IMG/VR virus record: IMGVR_UViG_3300044640_000597
Coordinates: 1 to 64,000 of that record
DNA length: 64,000 bases
Direction: 5' to 3' (one strand)
DNA from: a virus
Each line of letters starts with the position of its first letter. Position 1 is the first letter of the stretch. The translations under genes were made by a program, and so were the position numbers. The notes under the pieces are model-generated. The model was given only the letters and a program-made list of their open reading frames with translations. It did not search any database and was not told the origin of the DNA. Of the stretch, positions 37,363 to 46,600 are shown in pieces.

Positions 37363-39660
37363 TTAAAAGCCTGTTACAAGTCCACTACCAATAAGTCCTT
37401 TAATAGCAGGTTCATCTAAGTTATGTTTTGTAGCTGTACCTTTTTCTTTATCAGTTTTTAGGTAAGGAGTACCATCTGGATACGTGATTGAAATATACGG
37501 AGAGTCGTCCCCTCTACTATAGATATTAACCAACACTCTCTCCCCATTAATTTTAATAGTCTCTAGAGTTCTAGCTATTCCAGGTTGCATTGATCTTTGT
37601 TGCATAACTAGAGTACCAAATCTTACTTCAGGATTATTGATAGCGGCATTCAATCCTTCATTCTTAATTTGATTTCCATCGTATACAGCAGTCATTACTG
37701 TTGCCGTATCTCCTTCACCTTTAACTAGATTGAGCTTCCATGAATTGTTTCCTACTCTCCAACCAGACTCTTTAATTTTATATCCTGCTAGTTCTGGAGA
37801 GTTTCCATTAAGTTGTTTAACAGTACCATCTGGCATCATGACTGTTACAATTTCTTCTGGCATCACTGGTCTTCCATCTTTACCACCAAAGAAATCTTTT
37901 ACTGCATTAGTAGTTGCAATATCTGTCTTCTTACCCATACCAGTCTCAATCAATCCCATATTGTATGCAGCAGACTCTTTAATCTCTGCATATTTAGTAT
38001 TGACTTTAGTTTCGAGCTTTTCTCTAAATACTTCTGCAACATTAGTTGTCCCTCTTTGATACTGAGTAACAGGCCTGTCATATGCCATATTAATCTCTGC
38101 ACCTCTGTAGTCTGTGGGGGCATTTACTCCTGCATCTCCATATGCACTTACGTATTGTGCAAGAGCTCCTTGACCATATTGCTTATCAAAAGCTGATTGG
38201 AAATTCATATAATCCTGATCACCCGTGTTGTCAAATATTCTTTGGATTTCTGTATAGAGATCTCCAGTAGTATAGCTAGGGAACATAGCTTTAACTACTC
38301 CTGTTATTTTACTATCAACAGCATCAAGATCGGCCATGCTTACAGCTGAGTCAGCAGCTTCTTTAAGTTGGCTTTGTACTCTAGACTTTTCATTAACAAG
38401 AGTATTAAGTGTCATGTTCAGATTACTCTTAACCTCATCAGAGTATTCTGGATGGTCTGCTAATTCTTTAGTAAGGTTTGCAATCTTTTCATCAGTTGTA
38501 GCAAGATACTGCATCTTACTCTTATGGTCAATACCAGATACATCCATATCAGCTCTAACCATATCGTAGTTATAAAGTGCAACCATTGATGATGCTCCAC
38601 CTCCACCACTACCACTTCCATCTCCTCCAGCACCAGTAATTCCAGACTCTTCCTTGTAAGTGAAGAGACCAGCTTTCTTCATTGCATATTCTTCTACTGG
38701 GCTAAGTATCTCTGATCTATAACTTTCTCTCATCAAATCACTAGCAAGTGCTGGGTCTTTCATAGCAGCATCTATCTTAGCACTAGCATCTGTAAGAGCA
38801 GTTATAGCAGTTTGGTATTGAGCTTTCTTTGCCTCATCAGTTTCTAATCCAGCTTGAGTTTTTAACTCAGCCATCCTATCTTGATACTGCTGTTTTTGAG
38901 CTGCAAGAATTACAGGGGTCTGCCCACTCTTATCAGCTTCATAAGTTTTCATATCTGCCATCTGAGTAAGATAAGCAGCTACATCAGGCTCTTGAATTAC
39001 AGCATTGTATACCTGCATTACATCTGCTTCTGGTATCTCTTCTGTATATTCCCCTACTTTACGTTTGTATGTTCCGTTCTCATCTGTAACTACACTACCC
39101 TCTTCATAGCCTCTCTTCTTCATTTGAAGAATCTCAAGCCTTTTAGCAACGAGATCCATTATCTTAGGATCTCTAACAATGGTAGGAGCTGTGAACATTG
39201 TTCCACCCTTTACTCTTCCAGTGGCAGGATCTATCTCGTATCCTTTATATCCTTTAGTAATGTAAGATGCAGCTTTGTTGTACTGTTCAGAGTTAATGTC
39301 TCCCTTTTTATACTGCTCATCAATGCTAGTAAGGGCTGCCTGGTATCTTTCGTAGTTTTCTTTTATCGGGGAATAAGCTGTAGCAAACTCCTTAGATGCT
39401 CTATGAACAGCAAAGCCTAGGTTCTCATAGTCCCCTCTTGTAGATAGACTCTCTAGGGTAGTGTTAATCTGCTGTTGAAGCTCGTTCTTTTTTTTAACAT
39501 CGTTCTCAAAAGGAAGAGCAGCTTTCATCTGATCAACAGCTAAAGCTAACTCATCGTTAGCTTTAAAATTTTCTACAAACCTATTACGTAAAGTCTCAGA
39601 TATTTTTACTGATTGAGGATCTACGTAAGTACTTACATATTCATTAAATTTGTACGGCAT
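37363..39660 (-). CDS. Virion cargo protein
   Basis: 765 aa, helical, Cys-free, Gly linker; syntenic with the crAss cargo cluster. Confidence 0.7.
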   Translation of the reverse strand: MPYKFNEYVSTYVDPQSVKISETLRNRFVENFKANDELALAVDQMKAALPFENDVKKKNELQQQINTTLESLSTRGDYENLGFAVHRASKEFATAYSPIKENYERYQAALTSIDEQYKKGDINSEQYNKAASYITKGYKGYEIDPATGRVKGGTMFTAPTIVRDPKIMDLVAKRLEILQMKKRGYEEGSVVTDENGTYKRKVGEYTEEIPEADVMQVYNAVIQEPDVAAYLTQMADMKTYEADKSGQTPVILAAQKQQYQDRMAELKTQAGLETDEAKKAQYQTAITALTDASAKIDAAMKDPALASDLMRESYRSEILSPVEEYAMKKAGLFTYKEESGITGAGGDGSGSGGGGASSMVALYNYDMVRADMDVSGIDHKSKMQYLATTDEKIANLTKELADHPEYSDEVKSNLNMTLNTLVNEKSRVQSQLKEAADSAVSMADLDAVDSKITGVVKAMFPSYTTGDLYTEIQRIFDNTGDQDYMNFQSAFDKQYGQGALAQYVSAYGDAGVNAPTDYRGAEINMAYDRPVTQYQRGTTNVAEVFREKLETKVNTKYAEIKESAAYNMGLIETGMGKKTDIATTNAVKDFFGGKDGRPVMPEEIVTVMMPDGTVKQLNGNSPELAGYKIKESGWRVGNNSWKLNLVKGEGDTATVMTAVYDGNQIKNEGLNAAINNPEVRFGTLVMQQRSMQPGIARTLETIKINGERVLVNIYSRGDDSPYISITYPDGTPYLKTDKEKGTATKHNLDEPAIKGLIGSGLVTGF

Positions 39661-39665
39661 ACCTA

Positions 39666-42600
39666 CTAGATATTAAATGTTTTTTTACCTTTTGACAATT
39701 GACCTAAACGAGAAGTATACTTTCTAGTTGCTCTAAGTCCTCCAGTTTTTTTAGCAGTACCTATATACTGATTATACTGCTCAGCTGCATAGTCCTTAAG
39801 TTCTTTATCTGTTTTACCATAGAACTGAGAGTCTTTGTCTTTAGCTTGTTTCTTCAAGTCTTCGTAATACTGGAATCGTTGGTAAGAACCAGCATCATCC
39901 ATAGCTTTAGCTAATCTCTCCTGAGCCTTATAAGACCTGTCATCTTTATATATGCCAGCTATTCTTCCTGCTGCAGTGTCTAGTGCTCCTACAATTTCTT
40001 CTCTCTTATATCTCTTTTCATCAATCTTTAGCTTAGCTTCTTGTATACCAGTTTCAAGATTAGCTTGGTTAACTGCAAGTTGATTTTGCACATTAGCCAT
40101 GTTAGCTCTTTGAGCCATCTCTGCATTAGCCATAGATGCTTGCATTCCAAGTTTTGCTTCTTCTCCAGCTAACTCTCTGTTAGCTCGTTGTTCCTGGTTG
40201 GCGATATCAAGAGATTGCTGATTTTGTTTTGAGTTAGCAGCTAGCATAGCGGCTATACCTCCAGGACCAGCATTAGTATTTTGAATTGCATTTTTAATAG
40301 CAACTGTATTTCTTTCAGAAGCTGCTCTTTCAGCATTCATATTAACTCTAGGTAAGATAGCACCTTTAACACTGGTGGCTCCAACATTACCTGCTCCTTT
40401 CATTCTCTCAAGCTTACCCTCAGTCTTGTAACCTTTAAATAATGCGTATCCTACAGGAAGAAGTTGACCTAACCCTGCAAGTAGAGCACCATTAATATTT
40501 CTATTTCTTGGGGGTACTACTTTCTTCTCAGTTTTTTTGAGTCCAGTGTCTTTTGTAAGATCAGCTTCTACTGTTTTCTTAGTAGGTAGCAATCCAGCTT
40601 CTTTACTCTTGATTGGCTCAATAGTCTCACGGTATGGGAATGGTCCTTCTGTTCCTGGGTCTACTGCTGTACCATCTGCAGCTGGAGTTACAGTAAATGG
40701 AGTTGGAGTAAATCCAACAGCTTTTTGAGCAGTAGTATCTGGTGCACCTATATTAAACTGCTTGAACATTTGGTTATCTATCGAAGGAGTTTTATTCAAC
40801 CCAATTGTTCTTCCTTCTACATTGATGTAATTAGGATCAGTGTAGAATGGAGGTTGTCTTACCAGTCCAGTTTCTGTTTGTGGTCCAACTTTAACTGGAA
40901 CTGTTGGTTTTGCAGGACCAATGTTGCCAGTGAATCTTCCTACTTCTGTACTAGGTTTAGGTGGCTCCAATCTTAGTGGACCTCTACCAGCCATGCTAGG
41001 TGTAGGGGCGGCTGGTCTTGCAGCTGCTGTATTTGGAGCAGTTGCTGTTCCTGCAAATCCTTCCCAAGCTCCTCCTATGGCACCTACTAATCCACTAGCT
41101 CCACTAGAAATAGCTCTACCGATACCTAATAAGGCATAGTCAATAGGACTCATAGTAGATTCGGCAGTACCAGGTGCTCTCATCTGAGCATTATATTGAG
41201 CTTCAGTTAATGTTCTTCCATCAGCTGTGGTAAACATTTTTTCACCTTTAGACTGTGGAATACTTGCAGGTTTACCATCATCAGGTGCTACCCCAGGTAT
41301 TCCTAATTTACCAGATTGGTAATAAGTCTGCAATCTAGCTTGAGAAGTATCAGCATGCTCATTCCACTTATTAGTTTCCCAAAGCTGCTTTTCATTTGTA
41401 GCAACTTCTACTGCCTTTTGAGCTATCTGTGGATTCTTAGGTCTTAGTACCACAAAGTATCCACTGTCTGCTAGAATTCCATCTTTTAAAGACTTGCTTC
41501 TCTCAGCTACTGTATCAGGAGTATCTGGATTAACATTGTCAGGATCTACGTTACCCCCAATAGCGTAAACTTTATCTCCGTCTATCTTAGTTACAATGTC
41601 TCCATGTGAGAAACCAGAATAAGAATCTTGGCCAAACTTCTGTTTGTTTCCAGATCTGTTGTTTACAATAATGTCTCCAGGTTGAAGTTTTGTACTAGCA
41701 GGATCTAATTCCTCCCAGTCATCTCTACCTTTTAAGCCAGTTGCATATCCAGTATGTGTTGGGCTTTTAGGGAAGTTAGGATCTGCATTACTATATACAT
41801 AGGATATAAATGCCGAACTCCAAGGAGTACTGTCAATGTAGTTTAAAGATTTTGGGGGCAGTTGTTTTTTACCACCTTTTTCATATTCTCTAACCATACC
41901 ACTATTAGTAGTACGTTTGCCAGGAGCTGCAGATTGCTGGCTAGATGGAGCATTAGCAGCAGCTTGATTAACATCTCTAAGTGTTACGTTAGCTGCATCC
42001 ATGTTAGATTGAGCCATAGCTGATTGTTCTGGTCCAGCCATTTTGTATTGATGAATGCCACCGTACTTAGCTATCTGCTCAGGACCTCTATCTTTTTCTC
42101 CTTTTTTATTAGCTACAGCTTCTTGCATTTTAGCAAGATCTTGTATTTGCTTCTGGCTTCCACCAGCTTTTAAAATTTCTTTGTGTCTTCTAGCAAAGGA
42201 CTTACCACCTAGTTTAAGATAAGATGAGAAGAAGTAATCATTTGGCTTACCACCATTCATCATTACTTTATCCATAGTCTCACCACCTTCTACTTCAGTC
42301 TGTGGATCAATCTTAATTCCTCCCTCAGAGTGTTTCTTGCCTACAAACTCTACTGCATCAGAACCTTCGATAGGAACAACTTTCCCCCCTGGAACTCTAA
42401 CTCCACCAGTCTCTGCATAGAAAGAATTGGTAGGCTGCATGTTCATATTGGTTGATGTATTATACCCAAACCCAGTTTGCATACCAGTAAGCCTAGAGTT
42501 AGTAAATGCAGTATTATAATTTCTAGCTGCTTGCTGAGCTTGATCTGCAAGTTTAGCTTTACGTATTCTTTCTTCTTCTGCAAGTCTAGAGTTTTCAGCA

Positions 42601-43625
42601 GCATACTCTTCAGAATACTTCTTCATCTCTTTATTCTCTTTCATACCCTTAACTAGACCTACACCAAATCCTGCTAATCCTCCAGCAATACCACCTACTA
42701 CGTTTCCTACTCCAGGTAAGATAGTACCAGCGGTAGATCCCATCCCAAATCCAGTACCTGCACTTTTAAGTGCATCTCCAAACATATTTTGTCTTCCTTC
42801 TTTTTTATCAAACTTAGTTGGGTCAGTGTCCATCTTTCTTTGTACAAGCATTCCTGCTCCTGTTAATCCCAATCCAATTCCAGCTGAAGCTAAGCCAGAC
42901 ATGTTAGCTGCCATCAATCCAGTATTAGCAGCAGTGCTTGCTCCTGTTGCAGCTGCACTTCCTACACCAGCTCCTACATTAGCCCCTGTGTTAGCAGCTT
43001 GAGGCAATACTACAGCACCTGTATCATCAATCATACTACTAGCTACTCTAGCAGCCTCCATTCCAGACCCTCTAGCTGCTTGTGCGGTTATTGTTGGGGC
43101 TATTCCCTGTGCTACTGTATTTGCTGCACTACCAGAAGCTGCATTTGCCACACTATTTACAGCGGCAAGTCCTCTGACTGCAGGATTATTAGATCCTTGC
43201 TTAACTAGTTGGCTGGCGGCCTCCCCAGTTTCTTTAGCAGCTTTAGCTGCAGCTATTTCTGCCAATTTTTGTTTACCCACACTCAAAGCTTCATCCCCAG
43301 CTGCCTTTGCAAGCTCTTGAGTGTAAGCTTGAGTTTCTTGTTTCTTTGCTTCTTCTGTTTGAGTAATAGCATCTTTCTTAGCTTGCTCTCTTTCTTTAGC
43401 AGCTTGTTCAGCTGCGTTATTAGATACAGTAGCATACTCACCAAACCTATTAGCTTGGTCATAGTAATATCTTCTTTGCTGCTCAGCTTGTTTGGCAAAA
43501 GTCTCACCTGCGTAGTAAGGATTCTCTACTTGATTGTACATAGAGAGATTAGATCCAGCAAACTGATACTTTTTAAGTAGCGGTTTAGGTGCTGATTTAG
43601 ATTTAGTTATGGATTTTTTAGCCAT
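39666..43625 (-). CDS. Virion cargo protein (crAss001 gp45/C1-like) with glycine-zipper segments and a DUF2272/CHAP-like domain
   Basis: KHSEGGI...EVEGGET motif; GxxxG zippers; PWSSAFISY...PGDII...SHGDIV...IGGNV. Confidence 0.78.
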   Translation of the reverse strand: MAKKSITKSKSAPKPLLKKYQFAGSNLSMYNQVENPYYAGETFAKQAEQQRRYYYDQANRFGEYATVSNNAAEQAAKEREQAKKDAITQTEEAKKQETQAYTQELAKAAGDEALSVGKQKLAEIAAAKAAKETGEAASQLVKQGSNNPAVRGLAAVNSVANAASGSAANTVAQGIAPTITAQAARGSGMEAARVASSMIDDTGAVVLPQAANTGANVGAGVGSAAATGASTAANTGLMAANMSGLASAGIGLGLTGAGMLVQRKMDTDPTKFDKKEGRQNMFGDALKSAGTGFGMGSTAGTILPGVGNVVGGIAGGLAGFGVGLVKGMKENKEMKKYSEEYAAENSRLAEEERIRKAKLADQAQQAARNYNTAFTNSRLTGMQTGFGYNTSTNMNMQPTNSFYAETGGVRVPGGKVVPIEGSDAVEFVGKKHSEGGIKIDPQTEVEGGETMDKVMMNGGKPNDYFFSSYLKLGGKSFARRHKEILKAGGSQKQIQDLAKMQEAVANKKGEKDRGPEQIAKYGGIHQYKMAGPEQSAMAQSNMDAANVTLRDVNQAAANAPSSQQSAAPGKRTTNSGMVREYEKGGKKQLPPKSLNYIDSTPWSSAFISYVYSNADPNFPKSPTHTGYATGLKGRDDWEELDPASTKLQPGDIIVNNRSGNKQKFGQDSYSGFSHGDIVTKIDGDKVYAIGGNVDPDNVNPDTPDTVAERSKSLKDGILADSGYFVVLRPKNPQIAQKAVEVATNEKQLWETNKWNEHADTSQARLQTYYQSGKLGIPGVAPDDGKPASIPQSKGEKMFTTADGRTLTEAQYNAQMRAPGTAESTMSPIDYALLGIGRAISSGASGLVGAIGGAWEGFAGTATAPNTAAARPAAPTPSMAGRGPLRLEPPKPSTEVGRFTGNIGPAKPTVPVKVGPQTETGLVRQPPFYTDPNYINVEGRTIGLNKTPSIDNQMFKQFNIGAPDTTAQKAVGFTPTPFTVTPAADGTAVDPGTEGPFPYRETIEPIKSKEAGLLPTKKTVEADLTKDTGLKKTEKKVVPPRNRNINGALLAGLGQLLPVGYALFKGYKTEGKLERMKGAGNVGATSVKGAILPRVNMNAERAASERNTVAIKNAIQNTNAGPGGIAAMLAANSKQNQQSLDIANQEQRANRELAGEEAKLGMQASMANAEMAQRANMANVQNQLAVNQANLETGIQEAKLKIDEKRYKREEIVGALDTAAGRIAGIYKDDRSYKAQERLAKAMDDAGSYQRFQYYEDLKKQAKDKDSQFYGKTDKELKDYAAEQYNQYIGTAKKTGGLRATRKYTSRLGQLSKGKKTFNI

Positions 43626-43636
43626 TTAGTTAAAGG

Positions 43637-46600
43637 TTATCTAGGTGATACTCTTAGGGCAGCTGTCACAGTATACAAATTTATCAAATTTCTTGATAAG
43701 TTGTTAGCTATTAAACGAATTCCTAAAAATTTATCTACGAACTTTCTCTGTTCGTACCAAGGTTTGTTAGAGTTTATGTAATTAGAATTTATAATCCCCT
43801 CGTATAAGAACATAGGCTCAGTAGAAGTTGAAGCAAATGTACTAGTATAGGGAACTCCTTGCACGTTAATCTGTCCTACAGCTAACCCAGTATTGTTAGC
43901 AATGTTAGATAGGTCTCTAAATGCATTTATATTCCAAGTGTTATCTGTTTTTCTAATGTTGTTTAGATAAACAAAATCTATTTCTCCAGATATCTGAGTC
44001 GTATTATAGACATAGAAACTAGTAAAACCTGGATGGAACTGCTGCTCTACAGGTAAAGAATAATTTACTTTAGAAAACACATCAGCAGTATACTTAAATG
44101 AAGTGTAGATAGCATTTACTGGAGCAGTAAAGATGCAGTCTATTTCGAAGTTGTAAACTGTACCATAGAAGTTTCCAGGATTGCTTAAGTCACTGTGCTC
44201 GTACATGTAAGTATACTGTCCAACAAATGGAAGTATTTGGGTATCAAAGCTATATAGATACTTAGAGTTGTATGCATACAGAGGTGGTATGTAGGAGTGT
44301 CGGCTAGCCCATATGCTCATTCCATTTGAGAATGAAATTGTCCAGCCACCTCTTTCAAAGTAAACCCCTTCCTCAAGAGGAATGAAACTAGAAGTATTTG
44401 AATCATAGAATTGGTTTTTCTCATTTTGAAAAAAGATTCTATTTTGTTTAAACTCTTCTACAAAATATTGAGTTGGGATAAGCTCTCTTTTTGTAATAAT
44501 AGTCCGTTTAAATAACGGGTCATAGCTAACAAGGAATCCAAAGTCTGCTGTAGGGGAGTCCACATTATAAACGGCCGAATCCATAACTCTCGCTCCGTCT
44601 GGATCCCATCCATAAGCTTCTAAAGCAAATGGGATGTTCTCTCTAGCCCAAGCATTTATTCCAAGTTCTGTAAGATCTACAATTTCGTCTTTAACTAAGA
44701 ATATTTTTCTAGACTTTCTTGATACAAAAATGTACCCATCTTTGGTAACCAATGATCCCATCTTATTATAGAGACCATTGTAACCTTCAGTGCTTTGGAT
44801 AAATTCATCTGGCTCTTGAGCAAACAAATCCCCTGATCCAATGTAAGCCTGAGTAGCATCTGATAACTCAAGGTTTTGCTTACCCTTAGTTCTAAATAAA
44901 CTCTTCTCAGTGTGAATATAAAGAAGAGCCTTTAGGTTAAAGATGTTAGTAATCTGTCCTCTGTTTACTGCAAAGTCTTTATACTGTAGTCCGAGGAAGT
45001 ATCTATAAGTATCATTGAAGTTACCATCTTGTGCTGAAGATCGTATCACTCTATTAGGGAAGAATGGAGTGCTAATAGCTTCCTTAGGGAATGGGATTGT
45101 AACCCTAATATCTTGTGAAGCTGAGTAGTGGTCCTCGTAGAGAATGTTATCCATCTTGGTTAAATCCCCAAGAGGACTTCTCCAAAGAACATCAGCTGCT
45201 ACGTACTTATCAAAGTACATGCTGTTTAACTCACTAACTCCTGCTTCAGGATCTCCTGCATGTCGGTAGTTAATGTTGTCGTCAGACTCTACAATAAATT
45301 GATAAATAGTACTAAATGCTACATTACCATTCTTACTCCAGTTGTCATCAGTAGTAACAGCAGATCTCCTTAATCCTTCAATTTCATCACCACCTTGTGG
45401 GTAAGGTCCAGAGCCACCAAATCTTAAAACGTCATAGTCTGATGTAGTTCCAAATATGTTTGTTCCAAATGATGGAGTTCTACCTTCAGTTAAATCTATA
45501 GGAATATCACCAAACAAATAATCGTCTTGTGACCCAGTAGGATTTGAAAAATCTAAGTATCTATTAACACCTCTATTAAATCTTCCTAGCCCGTATAAGT
45601 TAGATGTGGTTCTATAGCTATACTTACATAAGTATGTATCTCCACCAAAGACTGGCTCTGACGAGGAAGTTGATCCTTGACCATAGTAGTAGTTATCATC
45701 CTCAGCATCGTATCCAGTGTCAATATTTACATTCAAAAGACTTTTGTAGTAGCCAGTCCATACTAGTTTTTGAGAATCGAATGGTTCGTAAACATCTGTT
45801 TTAGTAGCACATAAATTTACTAAGTATACATTAGGTCTGGTTCTAGGGTCATTAACTGGGGAGCCTTCTATTCCTCCTCTAGGATAGAAATTATAGCCAT
45901 TTATAGGATCTGTAATGAGTATGTTTTCTGTCAGAGTAATTATCCCTCCAGAGGCATCTAGAGATTCTATGTATACAGGTCCAGTTGTAGGTAGGTATCC
46001 AGCCCCAGATGTTACTAGCATTCCTACAAAAAGATTGTTGATATCTGGATCAAAAGTTGTAATTACAGGGAGTCCTGCAGTAGAGCCTCCTGTAATATTA
46101 ATAGAAGCAGGTACTCCAGATGTATCTGGGGTACGTATTGCATAAGGCTGTCGTAAGCTTCCATGTCCTCTAGACATTAAACCATACCATTCAGATAAAT
46201 CAGTTACAAAAGATGCACCTAACCCTCCATCATTTATATTGTTTGCTGGATAGAAGTCTGGGTTGATACCACTTATTAAGGGGTATAAAGTTCCTGCTGC
46301 GTATATAGGGAGAGACCACATTAGGTTTCCTAATCCTACATAGCTCCACTCATTACTTCTATATCCACCCAGCATTGGTAGGCCTGACTCTAAGCTAAGA
46401 GCAATTGCACTTTCTCCAAAGGTGTTGTGTAAATAAGTAGAACTTTTAAAGCTGTTAGCTGATGTAGATTTAAGTATGCTAAGACCTGCTAAATATGTAG
46501 CACCGTTAGGCTCTATCATAAATATAGACTGAGCATCACTTAACAGATTAGCTTGGTTTGGTAGAAATGTAGGTAGCCTAAGTAGACCCCCTAATTGTTC

